From Lingula anatina (taxonomy: Eukaryota; Animalia; Brachiopoda), in NCBI GenBank assembly GCA_051362555.1, contig CM120640.1, positions 62,102,788 to 62,166,787 of the forward strand: a stretch of 64,000 nucleotides of DNA. The letters run 5' to 3'. Both the position numbers and the translations under genes were made by a program. The notes beneath the pieces are model-generated. The model was not told where the DNA came from. It made no database searches and saw only the letters and a program-made list of their open reading frames with translations. Positions 1 to 14,421 of this stretch are shown here, piece by piece. Position 1 is the first letter of the stretch, and each line of letters opens with the position of its first letter.

Positions 1-898
1 TTCCATGATCTTGAAGACTTTTGCTTGTCACATTTTCTGAATGTCCATGTTACTAATATTTTATTAATAACATTTGATTGTCATTATGCTGTTAAACATT
101 ATGTAATGTTGCATCAAAATTTGAAGAAACCCCTATTTTGGGCACTGCTCCTATGATGACCATTTAAGGGAAATCATGTCACTTACTGTTCTCAAACTTA
201 CAGGAAAGAAACATGGGTCTAACATACAGCTTCAATAGGCAACGCAGTCTGTTTGGTAAATTTTTCTGGCAATTTAACAGTTTTTTGTGAAAATTTAATT
301 TTTCACTTATTTGCATCTTTATTTTCTGTTCTTTGTCTGTACATTTGACAGCTTTGCTGCCTTGTTTAAAACAGTTTTAGAAAAATGTTGACACTGTTTT
401 CATGTGCTCATGCAGTCTTAGGTAATAGTATTGTTGGTCCACGTGTCTGCCTGTTCATCATCAAAAAAATATATATATTTGTTGTGCTCCAATGTAAATG
501 CTAAAAGTGATAACTTAATGTGATTTGGTGTGTTGATGGGCTACATTACCTATTGTTTCTGAGCTGTTTCTGCCATCCAGTATATCTGCCATAGTTTGAT
601 GAGCAGTAATAAGGAGGGTCATGTAGTTGCACTTACTCAGTATTTATGGCTTTTCTGCTGCACCGATTGCCACTAGTAAATGAATGCAAATTAAGTGTTA
701 TTATATTAACAGTATTTCATTACCATCTATATTTGTTTTTATTTGTACTGTAAACACTTTTCCACTTGCATTATTAATTTTTTAAGCAATTTAAAATTAA
801 TAATAACATTTGCAAAGCAAAATAATCAAATTCTCAAAAAGAATTGCAGTGAATTGTATTTTCATATTTTGTGGTGATTTCCAATTTTTTATTTACAG

Positions 899-1225
899 TC
901 AGGGACAACTGGAAATCCTAAAGGTGTTATGTTGAGCCATGACAATGTAAGTATTAGCTGATATGGGCAGGGTTTTACTTTGGTTAGTCTAGTACGGTTT
1001 CATATTGTAGAACACAAATCCTTTAATCAATCTGAATTGAATTCAGCTAGTATGAAGAGCTAAAAAAATTATACATTTCTATTTGAATATTCCAAGTGGT
1101 GACCACCAATGTGGGCCCTAATGACAGAGGATACTTATCTGTGTGGGACAATATCAGCCAGTCTGCAAGACTGTTCATGTCACATTGCTGGTATTGACTG
1201 TTTCCTAGCATTAATGGTTCATCTT

Positions 1226-1274
<49 letters not shown>

Positions 1275-4200
1275 AAACCATGTCTGACTCATGAAATATG
1301 AAGGAGAGTGATAATAAAATATATATATTTCAAAAGATAGTTATAAAAATGTCCTTATATATACTTTTAAATGAGTATTCTGGTATCTGAACTTAGAACT
1401 TAGATGGTAGTCAGTTTGTTAACCAGGATGTATGGATTCAGTTCTGACAGGCAGCTGCTGTGTATGTTAGAGAAAAATAAATTCATTCACACAGTTGTAT
1501 TACTATTATTAATATTATATATATTTCAGTATACTTGGTTATCTAGAAAGATCGTTGGAGCAACCAGGCTTAAGTTTGGTCAAGAGGTTTTGGTCAGCTA
1601 TCTTCCCCTCAGCCATGTTGCTGCCCAGATTGTGGATATCTATGGACCTCTCATAGCTGGAGCGGCTGTGTACTTTGCCCGACCAGATGCTCTCAAGGTA
1701 AGGTTATTGAAGTGGGGTTGTGAAGATGTTATTTCAAGAGAAATTTGTAGTGTGGTTTGGTAAAACAATATGTCATTCCATTCATTCTTTATCCACCCAA
1801 GGAATGATGCAGTGTCATTAATCTGTTCTGATATAATTATAAATATACATATAAATCTATAAAACTGGAAGACTTGGGAGGGGAGTTTGTTTATAACAGG
1901 CAATATTTCCTTTGGTGGGGGTCGGTTTTGATTTTCAAGGAAAACTAAACATAGCATAGCTATTCACTTCAAATCCTATATGTAACAAGAAATTTTATAT
2001 TTGCCATATTTTCCTCAGGGTACGCTACGTATCACCTTGAATGAAGTCCACCCAACTGTATTCTTTGGTGTTCCTCGAGTGTGGGAGAAGATCCAGGAAG
2101 GACTGAAGGAACTGGGGAAGCAGACGACAGGCATTAAGAAGAAGGTGGCCACTTGGGCAAAGGGAGTGGGTTATAAAGGGTCAATGAGCCTGATGAATGG
2201 GTATGTCTTTCTTTACAGATATTCTCAGTTCTAAAATTTTTTGTGCAAAAGCATTGGGTTGTAAGGGTTGTTTGCCTAGCTAGCTGTACTTTTGTAAAGA
2301 AGAACATTATACATCTTCTTTTCATCAGGTAAAATGTTTTTGAAATTTATGGCTGTGCTAAAGGGTGGGTTAACATTTTGGTAAGAGCCTAAATTTAAAA
2401 TTATTCCATGCTGATGATTCCTATGTATATATACCCATTATAGAATTCTGAAATCTGTGAAGGTTTGCTCTCATATATTGCATATATCTGAATAGAGATG
2501 ATTGTGTGCACAAAGGGGACATACCCCCAGTAGCAGTTTTAAAAAAGAAGAAGCTGCTAGTATTGAAGGCATGCATTTCTGTCTTTGCTTTAGTTCCCAA
2601 AAGAAAAAGAGTTCGTGGAAAAAGAAGTTATGGTAATTCAGCATGAGAAATTGCTTATTACTTTGGATTTTTCTCTAGAATCAATTAGGAATGGATTTGA
2701 ACAAGCATGGTTCTGTTTCTTTAGTTACGGTTAATGAAAAAGGAATTAGTTTTGTTTAGTGAACACTTTTGTAGGAAAATGTTGTCATTTGATGTATTCA
2801 TTACTAATACTAGATTACTGATAAATGTTTTTTCAGTTTACAATGTGTTGGTTAATGCCCAGGTATTTCTAGAGCATTTGTTCAGATGGGTTGTAATATT
2901 GAACATTGTGTTAATCAGTTTTGTGTTTTTTTTTTAATCTGGTGTCTGATTCGTAGAAAAAAATGAAATTCATCTTACCCCCCAAAAAATTGTTTTCAGT
3001 TCAAACTTTTTACCTGATGTCACCCCAAAAATGCAATGATTTGAATGAAATCAAGGTTCAACTTAAAGATAAAATGTCAACTAACAGCAATTATTCTGAA
3101 ATTATTTATTATTGTCATATAAGGATTATGGAAATATTTTTTGCTGTGTTTCAATGTGCGTTATGAATTGTCATGTGTGGCGGGCAGTCAAATTATTTCC
3201 ATAAGCAAATCAAGTTCTATTTAAGATGTGAAAGTAACATGTCCCAGGTTTTTATCCTACTTGTTATCTGTAGTTATCAGAGTTGAGCACATTTTGCACC
3301 AGTGCATGATTTGAAAAAATTTGTCAGGCATTACCTTCTAATATGTATGTATTCTGCAAGTAAACCAAGCTTTAACTTCAAAATCTTAATATTTTTAATG
3401 AAATATCATTAATACCAGCTTCTGTATTCATCATTCTGTTTAAAATTTGCATAGCATATCTTTTCTCTCATTTCACGACATGTTCCCACTCAAAGAATAT
3501 ATACCCCACTTAGTTGAATAGAATAAAATTTGTATAACTTTTGATGAGAAAACCCAACTCATCTACCCATATCTTTGTCATGTGAATTCAGCAGCATTGT
3601 TTATGATTATAATTTTTTGTTTCAATATCTGGGTTTCAGTGGAGGTACCCCCTTTGGCTGGTCCCTGGCTAACCTGCTGTTGTTCAGGAAGGTGCGTACT
3701 GGGCTGGGACTGGACAGGTGTAGTGTCTGCAGCTGTGGAGCAGCTCCAGTGATGAAAGAAACCTTGGACTTCTTCCTGGGAGTGAACATTCCAATAATGG
3801 AGACATATGGCATGAGTGAATCCACAGGTTTGTTATCAGGCTACACAGGGTTAAGTATTTATTGAAACTGTCACATTGCTTAAGTGAAGTATTGCACCAG
3901 TTGTACATGTTTTTTTTTTCTAATGTTATTATTTTTAGATTCTGATGTTATTATTCAGGTGGGGCTTTTGTATTCAGCCATTACCTTCTGTTTCTTGTTG
4001 GTGATTTCAAGATGATTTGAAAAGGCTACTGATCAAACAAGATGCAACTTGTATTAAACTTTGGATTCAAGGACTGTTATTTGACAATTATGATTTTAAA
4101 AATAGTAGTAAAAATAGTAATAGAAGTAATTTGCAGGGGAGTAATGATCTTTGCTGGTCTGAGATATGAGAACACATTTTTATTGAAAGCACAAGAAAAA

Positions 4201-6458
4201 TAGTGTTTTATGGAGTATTTTATGTCAGTATTTTCCCCTATGCCTTTTAAGTTTTATAGATATTTGCCTAACCATCCGTATTTTTATTTTCAGGCCCTCA
4301 CACAATATCTGTGCCATGGAGGTACCGCCTGACTTCTGTAGGGTTTAATGTACCCGGCACCAAGACAGACATTCTTAACCCAGATGAAGATGGCTGTGGA
4401 GAGGTAAAGCTATGCAGCAACTTAGTTGATCATATTGATATTGATGTGTTTGTAAATGGCATTGGAATCTTTCTTTTCTCTGGTACTGATAATAACAAAA
4501 ATACTAATTACGTAACAGTGATAAGAATTCTTCAAAAACCAAACTCCATATTTGTCTCAGCCCTGTCTACAATGAAAGGATTAAAACAAATTCATGCCAT
4601 CAAAGTTCCATTTCAACATTCTCAAATGTGCGATCAATATTAACCAATGATATGTGAGGAAGGAAGTACTTAGTGCAGGAAAGGTGAAGCTGCATTATCT
4701 GTTACAAGTTGTATATGCTGTTTTATTGCAATATCATTTGTTTTAACATATTATTGTTATTATTCATTTCTTGTCTTGTTAAACTTTTAATGGATCACTT
4801 TGCCTTTCAAAACCTCCTTAAAACAGATAAACTTCCTCTCTTCAAAGTAAAGTTCAACACTCACAAAAAAGTATTTTTGAAACAAATTGGTTATGGTTAA
4901 TTTTTTTCCTTTTCACCTAAGTTTTTTTAATCAGGCTACGTTGAAGACGATTCAAAAGGTGTTTCTGTTTCTGTAGGTGTGTATGCGTGGCCGTCATGTG
5001 TTCATGGGGTATCTGGACACTGAAGAGAAGACCTGTGAAGCCTTGGATGCTGACGGATTGCTGCACTCTGGAGACATAGGAAAGATTGACAAAGATGGGT
5101 TTATCTACATCACTGGGAGAATAAAAGGTTAACCTACTACCGCCTGCTGGCTTTCCCTTTTTAGCTTTTTAACTTTTGGGGACAATTTTTGGATTTTTTA
5201 AAAATCTGAGCACCATGTTTTGGAATAGTTAGGATTCCTCTGAACATAATTTTCAAATAATGGTACTTTAAATTTTTGTCTGTAAATTTTGTTTTAGTAT
5301 TAAATATATATATATATATATATATAAATTGCTGGTTTCTGTTCTTCAGAGCTGATTATCACAGCTGGAGGAGAGAATGTGGCTCCTGTGCCCATTGAAG
5401 ACACAGTGAAGGAGGAACTCCCAGGGATCAGTAATGTTATGCTGGTTGGAGACAAGAGGAAGTTTCTTTCAATGCTCCTTACCATGAAAGTAAGTTGCTG
5501 GAGAAGATTTAATGGTAAAATGCTGTTCTAGATTAGTTGCTGAAGTAAGGTTGCATAAGATTGTAAGGGATTGATGTTTTGTTGTCTTGATGTATCTCTA
5601 TGTGCTTTCTTTGAATACAGATTTACCTTGGGGGTTTTTTCTCCTTTTTAATTTACAAATTGGACTACTAACATATGCATCTACTTTGTCACATATGCCA
5701 TGCATTCTTGATTCTTTATCATATTATCTCTGTTGTTTCAAGGTAGAGATGGATGACGATGGTGCCCCTATAGATTCTGTATCATATGATCTCTATTGTT
5801 TCCAGGTAGAGGTGGATGACAATGGTGCTCCTACAGACAAATTAAGCAAGGTGGCCACAGACTGGTGCAGATCCCTGGGCAGCAGTGCCAGCACAGTGTC
5901 AGATATTTTAGACAATAATGATGCCAAGGTGTTAAAGGCCATTCAGGAGGGAATTGATAGGGCTAATGCAAAGTCCACATCAAGAGCACAGAAGGTGCAG
6001 AAGTGGTCACTCCTGGCCAAGGACTTCTCCATACCTGGAGGAGAACTGGGTAAGTGGACATTGAGTGACCTTTGCCATCAATCTTTCATATTATTTGCAT
6101 TTTTCCTCCACATTTCATGTGTCTGATACACGGCAAGACATGGGGCTTGGACATCTTTTTTTTTTCATTTTGGGGGTGAAAAAAAAATAGTTTGCAATAT
6201 CTCCAATTGGTATAGATGCAAAAATTTACCTGTTTTTACTCAATGGAAATCCTTACATCTATCAATTTTCCAATATTATAGACTTGGGATTAAATATATG
6301 TCCTGTAATTAGATTAAAACCAAAATATTGTACCATTTTTTGAATTACTATTATTTACTTCTTTTTATTTTCTATTTTTAGGACCAACATTGAAGTTAAA
6401 GAGACCAGTGGTTTCCAAAATGTACAAAAATACTATAGACAAATTCTATGAGGAGTAA
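899..6458 (+). CDS. ACSBG2: Long-chain-fatty-acid--CoA ligase, bubblegum family (ACSBG2-like), 5'-partial; 9 exons in window
   Basis: Exons 899-946 ([19 protein letters not shown]-binding P-loop), 1530-1697 ([11 protein letters not shown]), 2019-2200 ([10 protein letters not shown]), 3640-3827 (YGMSESTG), 4294-4403, 4977-5127 (GRHVFMGY...LHSGDIG...ITGRIK), 5350-5489 ([13 protein letters not shown]), 5806-6049 (alternative acceptor 5743; [10 protein letters not shown]) and 6382-6458 (PTLKLKR...FYEE*). All are GT-AG with consistent phases. The N-terminal exons lie upstream of the window. Confidence 0.93.
1227..1272. repeat. (ATT)n microsatellite
   Basis: Direct reading. Confidence 0.95.
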
Positions 6459-9038
6459 ATTTAGACACACTTTCTTTCACAACTGCTTTCAAGAAGCTGC
6501 CAGCAGAAATTGAAACTGAACAGTTACAAGAATATGCAAAAAATACCCTTTAATCTTTCTGTTCACACGTGGAACTTTTAAAGCAAGCGTCTGTTTATGA
6601 TTAGCAAAAAATAATTTACCAGCTGAAAGAGACTTGCATTAATGTTATTAAATGCCACTTCATTTTCTCCATAAAGTATCTGAAGACAGGGAAAGTAATT
6701 GCCATGTGATTGTGAGTGAAATCCATTGATGACCTTCAGACCCTCCAATATAGGTTCATGAAACCTTCACCTGTCAGGTCATATGCACTTAATTTGGAAA
6801 ATGTACTTTTACTATTATAATACCTTAGCGCATTGTTAAGGTAAGATGCATATTATGGAAGCTCACCCATACTCAAACTTCCTGAGTTTAGTCCAGCTTC
6901 AGAGTGAAAGAATATATACCAGAAGCTGTAGTGTTATGTCTGACAATTACATTATTAGTCATTCGATCACCTTTATGTTGCTCATGTGTTTGAGTATGAA
7001 CAAGCTTTTCGAGTACAGGCCAGAGTCCTTCCAAAATGACAGATACTAGTACAATATATTTATGCAAGAGGTTTAAGGAAATCTAGATTAGCCAGCATGT
7101 ATTTACATGTAGGTAAGCAGCAGAACACTGTTTTATGTAAGATTAGAATTTATCATAAGCGGAAGAAGGCATTTATATTGAGAGAAAAAAGGTTACTTGG
7201 TTCATAAATAATTTCAGCATATTTCCAAAGTATTTTTAACAGAGAGTGATGCTTTTGTATATTTTTTCTATTAAGATAATAATTTTGAAAAAAATACTGT
7301 ATATAGCAGTTATGTATGTGAAGACTATCCATGTTTTCAATTGTTAATGGTTGTGATGACGTCCCTAGTTTTATGACGTGTGGGAACCCAATTTTGGCAC
7401 TCAATTGTGTTTAGAATAATATCAGGAAATTGACTTTGGTATCAATTTGAATGAGAGTTTGCTGTCGTGTTCAACCCAAGACTGTTTAAGTGATGTGTAT
7501 GGCGCCACCTGGTGATTGCCCACAATATAACTTAAAACACTGCAGATTTTATTCCAGTTTCAGTGAAGAATTGCAAAACTTATGATCCATAAAATTTGCA
7601 AAAATGGTCTTTCTTTTACATTTTAGAAGTATGTGTCGGCCTATCAGCATCACTTATGTTTTTGCTTTTTTCTTTATTAGTGAAGTACAGCTCTGGTAAA
7701 GAGTCTGGTTCCAACCTATTTGCTGAGTATTGAGTGCTAGGAAATTGCTAGAAAATTGACATTTTTGAACGTGGGATGTAGACTTCCTTTCAACATAAAA
7801 TAATTGACTCAAAGAGCAGTATTTGGAGTTTGAGAACAGCAGAGAAAGGTTACTAATACATATTAGATAAGATTAAGAGACCGATTCTCCTCACTGCCTT
7901 TGTTCAATCAGATCTATAATTAAAGTACATATTTTCTCTTTTTCCTTGTCAACTGATGAGCAGAAATAATATATCACAAAGCAATGATACCTGGACATGT
8001 GAAATCTGGCATAAAACATGCAGAAAGGATTCATGATTCTGGAATAATCGTGGTAATTTCTACATTATATTGCTGATACTGATGCCTCCAGTTCTGTGAA
8101 CAGAAAAATTCTCAAAGGTGATCAATGTGCAGACTGATAGTCATCAATAGTTTGTGTGGAAAGTAGCATTTAAGTCAGCATTAACCTTGTCCTTGTTCTG
8201 TGAATAGATATGGCCAATGGCCACAAGAATTAAAAAAAAAAAAGAACATTTGGTCGGAAAATTAGTAGACCTGAAACCAACAGCATGCTTTTTGCAGATC
8301 TCCAAATAGCTGGATTTTAAAAGATTACTTTGGTTGTTTTGATGACAAGTGTCTAAGACAATATTGTAATTGTTTGTATCATCAGTGCAGGTCTAAGCTA
8401 AATCTGGTGAGAATGAAAGTGGAGGGTTGGAAGTTAAAGGAGTAAACGGCTACATTAGGGCCCTTAGCACATTAATCAGTATTGCTAAACTAGAGACTGC
8501 CAACTCGGTAGCCTGGATTTTATGTAATAAAGTCACTGAAATGGAGCCTCAGGCTCCACATGGCCAGTTGATCAACTGAACAGCCGGAAGTAGATGTGGA
8601 TAACTTGTGAGGGAGTTTAAACCACTGTAACATGATAACATGTTGGGACCTCTCATAGTGAACCAGTTCACTTGGGTGTTATTATGACAATTTAGAATAC
8701 ATGTAATAGTAGAGAATGAATCATCACTAATTACTTACATATTGCTAGTGGTTTACGTGTAAATATATATATACAACACAACTTGATAGGATTATCATTT
8801 TCTTTGGTTGAAGAAAGTATATTCATTGACTTATTTGTGTTTGCACTGATACATTCCATGGAATTATCATATGTATAATGCACAATGCTTTTTTTTCTTT
8901 GTTAACTTTTTATTGTTGTTTGTTACCTGATAATGTTGAATTGGAATGTTTTGTATGGCTGTGTTGGTAATTTCTGCAACTTCAACAGCTTGGGTTGGGG
9001 TGCCTATGGTTTAGGTATGAAATGTAGCATATAATTTG

Positions 9039-9044
9039 AATAAA
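9039..9044 (+). terminator. Candidate polyadenylation signal (AATAAA) for the ACSBG-like gene, implying a 3' UTR of about 2.6 kb
   Basis: AATAAA followed by a T/GT-rich tract (tgtttttttgtttattt). An earlier AATAAA near 8526 could also be used. Confidence 0.4.
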
Positions 9045-9243
9045 AGTTAAGCAGTGTTTGAATATGTTTTTTGTTTATTTAATCTGCATGTATCTTTCAT
9101 GTATCATTCATGAACATTCAAACATCAAAATGGAAAATTGACCAATGCATTCTATATAGCTGAAATAGTAGTTCACAGACAATATATATGTCACAGGTCA
9201 GATCCTTATCTAGCCCACTTCAGAAGTGGCCCAGACTACATCC

Positions 9244-9295
9244 CAATTGGGTCTTTGCATTGTTAGCAGCAATTGGGTCTTTGCATTGTTAGCAG
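9244..9295. repeat. Perfect 26-bp tandem duplication
   Basis: caattgggtctttgcattgttagcag x2. Confidence 0.92.
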
Positions 9296-9867
9296 CATAA
9301 TGAGCGTGCTCATTGGCCAAGTAATTTACAGGTGAGCTGCCAATTTGTTTTTATGGCATGTGTAATTGAATAGGGGAAGTCATAGGTCAAGGCAAATATT
9401 ATGCTAAGCATAGTGTTATCAGCATAGAAGTTTTTGAGATAACTTCCATTTTTTCTTACAACCAGGAGCTCCACTTGGACAATCTTGTTGTGTGTGAAAC
9501 AGCTCATCCTGAAATGAGAAGTAAACTGATTGAAAGATTCCATTAGATGCACATTCTTTTATGCTGAAGTATATTCCTTTTATAATCTAATCAAGTGTAT
9601 CTGTGTCAGTGTTGGTGTCCTTCACATTTGTACATCCTACCAAAATGCATTTTCCTTTTACCTGAAAAAAATTATTCAAAAATAGTCTAATTAAAAAGGT
9701 AAATATTTTTACATACATTTTCACATTTTTGGTTATTGTATGCATATCTCTGTGTTGATAAACCCAATAACCTGCCAGGTCAGACTTTTGGTTAACTTTA
9801 ATTTCAATGGTTTTTTGTGGTAAAAATGAAGGTCAAGTTTCACAACTCAGAGTTTACTTTAAAAAAG

Positions 9868-9868
<1 letters not shown>

Positions 9869-9907
<39 letters not shown>
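9869..9907. repeat. (TA)n microsatellite
   Basis: Direct reading; a shorter (TA)n lies at about 5304-5325. Confidence 0.95.
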
Positions 9908-9912
<5 letters not shown>

Positions 9913-11984
9913 CAATACTCTTAGTGCAGTTAATCTGTTGACTTATAGACTTACCAATAAAGAACATTTTAACCAAGATGTTAAACAAGAACCAGAAAAC
10001 CATTAAATTTGTATGAAAGTGACACTGTAACCTCAGAACTTTATGGATTTTCCTTGTATATTGGGTGTCCTTCAGAGTATCACTGTCTAACCACATTTCT
10101 GGCTAAATTGACCTTTTAGCAGGCTATCTATGAACAAAATGCACATAGAGATTGAATTCAGCAAAGCATGTTCACATATTTCAATTTTAATCATCCAAAC
10201 AACAATTTCAAGGATGTTAAGCTATATGACATTTGCCATGCGGTACTCGTATACTTCCAGTTAATCCCTTTTCGAGCGGCATCTGTGCGGAGCCAGGCGA
10301 TGGCCGCGCGAAAACGTACGAAATCATACGTTTTTACGATCTTCGTAGCCTCTATGATTTTATCAATCTAAAACTTTTGACAAATTTTGAAAATTGTTTA
10401 TCCGTAGGCCGTAGCATTTTCGTAGATGGCATGACGCAGTTCCTGCACGGGCATTTGCTCGGTGAACTTGCGGTGATCGTGATCATGGTTGAACCTGTTG
10501 TTGGTCTCGTTCCCTACCTTGAAATTAGAATTTTGACTAGCTGAATCATAGTTCTAAACCGTACCAAATGAATCCCACGCCAATGTGGGGAGTGGTGGGG
10601 GAAGATCGGACTCGCATCCGCGGACCCACCCCTGATGTGGGCCTTAATTATGATTGAAGTCAACTTACATTTCCGAAAGGGAGTTCGACCAATGAATATA
10701 ATGTGGATTTTCTCTGGCAATTTAAGAAATGACCCCTTAGACACAAGGTAAAATGCGTATCCATCTGCATATGAAGACAATCAATCTCATGCATTAAACA
10801 ATATTCATGTTGACTCCTGTTTTGTTTACCCACATTATCTTAGGTGTTTCAGAAAGGTCATTTTTATGTGAAGGTGAGAGCCGGTGAAAACTTCCATTTT
10901 ATCGGTTTAAAAAGCCTCCCTATATATTGTCCAAACTGTTTCCTGTTTAATGGCTGTATATTTGCAAGCCTTGCTGTATATTTGCTGGAGTGATATGAAT
11001 GGACCCACACCCTCCAACACACATACGCACACAATGGGATTGGAGAAAACTCGATACAAACATATTGCATCAACAGACATGTCCAAGAGTGATGTCTGAA
11101 ACTAGTAAACTCTTTCGCCAGAAAACAATAATTGTTCAACTTCCGTTGATCCTTAGCATGGAAACAAAACACGTTGAGGAGAGTCGAAATAGACTGGAGT
11201 TTTATCTCAGAATTAATGAACCACTGAGATAGAAAAATATGACCTTTTGTCAGAGGAGGATTTTTGCCCCACATCAATGTATTATCTGCCCAGCATCTAA
11301 ACCTACAGCTCATATTTTGGTGACATTTCAATTTGATCCAAATTCGATTGCCTTCACACTGATGAAGACGGCTTACGTGTGACGGGCCAAACAAGAGAGT
11401 CGCCGCAGCCCACTAATTTTGTTTAAATAACGTTTAATAATACCAGGATGTTTTGCTTTACATCATGGGTAATTAAGATAAACACATGTATATTTGATTA
11501 TTGGCAAATTAAATGGTGTTAGTAGGCAAAAACTGAGCGGTTGGGCGGTTTACGTAGTTGTCTACCTCCAATTACCCTCTGATATGAGGGACTTCTAAAA
11601 TAGTACACAAAATTAATTACAATAATTTTGTAACAGACATACTGAGATCAGAGTCACCTTGCATGCATTCCATACTTAGACGGTCGTCTGCAGAGATGCG
11701 GTAAGGCCACAATGATCCGAATTTAAAGCGATCCATGTAAGTTTCCCGTGGGTTTCTAGTGAGTGTAAAGGTTAGGTCTTAATTGTCAGAATTTTTTGTA
11801 CAAATTCGCTTTCTGCTAAAAATCTTAGCATCACAGTTAAAATGGCATTTACGACAACTCTCTTTAGTACAAAGATATTATCTATAAGACCACGGTCAAG
11901 AAGTAATGACCTCTGGTAGTATTATGTTGTACCTTCAATAGTTTTCAAAGAAGTCAAGCAATCGTGAAATAAAATACATATAAA

Positions 11985-12147
11985 AACTTTTATGCAAAAA
12001 GTCACGAAATTTTCGGGACAGGTCAGGAATGGGCTTGCTTTTGGTGGTGATTAATTAATCATTTAATAAGTTAACTAATAAATAAATTATGATCTATAAT
12101 GAGAAATGTTCTGCTAATGTTTGCGTTCTCTGAGTGCTTTTCTAGTT
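11985..12147 (+). mobile_element. Helentron/HINE-like 3' fragment
   Basis: ...gtcacgaaattttcgggacagg... and terminal tttgcgttctctgagtgcttttctagtt, a typical HINE-type 3' end. Confidence 0.4.
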
Positions 12148-14390
12148 TGTCCATTGGTTCTATCTGCTCCGCCTAGGAAAACAAAAACTGACATTTCGAG
12201 CTTTAGGCTAACCCATCTTGTTGCACATTTGTTATATGAATATGGTTAAATTATTTCTTATTTTGAAACAAATTGGAGCGTACCTAGCGCTCATATATGT
12301 ATACTTTTCACAAAGAAACATTTGTATCGTTTATATGAGATAAACCCCGCCTCCCCCCCTCATCTACGCCTATTTGATTTCTGTTTGGCAGATTGCCTAT
12401 TGTAACCCAAAAGAAAACTTACAGCATGTAGATAATGCATATTCAAGTTCTGTGATGATTAGCTGGCTTCCAGAAATGTTTCAGTTAGGATTGTTTGTTA
12501 ATTTATAAATTATACTATACATATCGGTGCAATCATTTCATTACGAAATTTGATGTCCTTACTTACAACTTAGTTAACACACATATTAATCAGCATGAAA
12601 GTAACATATCCCCTGTACAAGCAAAAAATCGTATTCTTAATTAGAATACTTTACTGATTTGAAATGTTATGGAGACAGACCTTCAGCGAGAGCGTAAGAT
12701 ACCAAGTCAGTTAATGCTAACACAACCGGTTGAAAGGCCACTTTGGAAAATTGAACCGGAGGCTTAATTGCTATCCCCGTCTTTCCAAAACCATCGCCGT
12801 CACATTTAATTGGCGCTGAGGATTGATTTTGTAACTGGAACGTTTCGCCTAATTTCGTCTGATATTCATTACTTCCATTATATGAAGACATCTTAAAGTT
12901 GATTGAGCTTCCTGGATGAGAATTTAATTATAGCCGAGTTTCGACGTAACAGGCTTGTACTTCTTTAATCAAAAGAAACCACCAAAATACGTAGCCAATC
13001 TTTTATCTTATTGATATTCATAAAAAAGCAAAGATTGGGGAAAAAACGTCCCATTAAAATGATTTAGAGTCATTTTGTATCCTGTAATATTGTTTCCCTT
13101 GGGATGCTTGTCTAGGACTTTGAACATTTGCTCGGTATTGTACCACCGTCACAGCTTAAATGTCAGAGTAGGGTGAGCAAAAATCCTTTTACACTATTGA
13201 TTTCTCACGTAACCTGTAAGCTTAATTTCAGCTCAACTTCACTCAATACCTGCTGGTAATGAAAATGCATCTCATCATCGTGTGTGAGAGGCGGCAATGA
13301 TCTCTGGCCCGAGTAGGCAAACGTTTTCAGAGGCTTGCTGCGAGGAAGTCCTTTGTTCTGGCGCAAGTCTGGAAGCGATCTATTGTCGCGCGTCCAGGCA
13401 GTTCTCTACCGCCCAAGGAGCTGCAAGACGAGGTAAAACGATCAAAACGCGTAAAGTTACTTTATCTTTTTATGTCCAACTTTAATTATACTCAGAAAGC
13501 CGTCTTTCGTGACGGTTTGTGATTCTATTATGGTTGCAAATGACTTCATAATCGACCGTAATTTTAAAAGTGCGAAAATATAGTGGTTTGATTGAGATTT
13601 TTCAGATTTTTCCGTCAGTGGAAACCAACTTGATTGTATTTCTAAAGGTTGCACTGTATTTACAATATTCTTTTGAAAGTGTTTGTTAAGGTATTCATTT
13701 CCTTGGCATCAAGCAAGCATAAGGGCACACACATGGGTTTCAAAGTTAAGGTGCATTTTATTAAGATAAATTGAATACACAGTCACACGTTTGGTATTCG
13801 TCTCATCGTGTCTATAGGCCAACGCCAAAACCAAGACTATTTATATATATAAGACGTGTACAAATGTAATTGCACTTACCTGTTACCCATTAGACAAACG
13901 TTTATTACAGCAGCATTTGTCATATTCGAGTCTGTTTGCCAGTTATTTTACCTTTACGAACACATTCAGTTCAGTTCAGCGCATTCTGCTATACTGGATA
14001 GCAAGCCTAGTACTTATATGATTAAAATTAGAGGTATACAGTATGTCATACCCAAAACATACTAAAATCTTTTAAACTTACTTATACAAAATTGTAATTG
14101 AGGTTGATCTTACTGATAGTCCTTCCTACTGATTTCACGTGAGTGATAATTAAATGTTTTATAGACATGAATCGTAAAATAAACTAAAAATTACCCCAGC
14201 GGGTCAATGTCGACTTCCATCTTCAATCACCGAGTCCCCTGAAACACTATATGAAGTGGTCTTTTGGGGATATGTAAAGGAAATGACTGACATGAGTACA
14301 GTGTAGTGTTTCAGAAAAACCATGCGTTTAAAGAATAATCCCTGAATGGAAACTTATTCTTACTTATCATTATATCTCTTCTTTACGCTT

Positions 14391-14421
<31 letters not shown>

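Noticed and set aside
1047-1294. ORFs with poly-Ile and poly-Leu tracts, and a possible extra ACSBG exon at 1097-1189
   Set aside because: The tracts are the (ATT)n microsatellite. The AG-bounded segment gives an immediate TGG-TGA stop in the required phase 0.
10514-12891. Two minus-strand ORFs both starting MSSY (10514-10780 and 12667-12891)
   Set aside because: Similarity is limited to about 15 nt at the start and one short motif; no recognisable protein family or consistent alignment.
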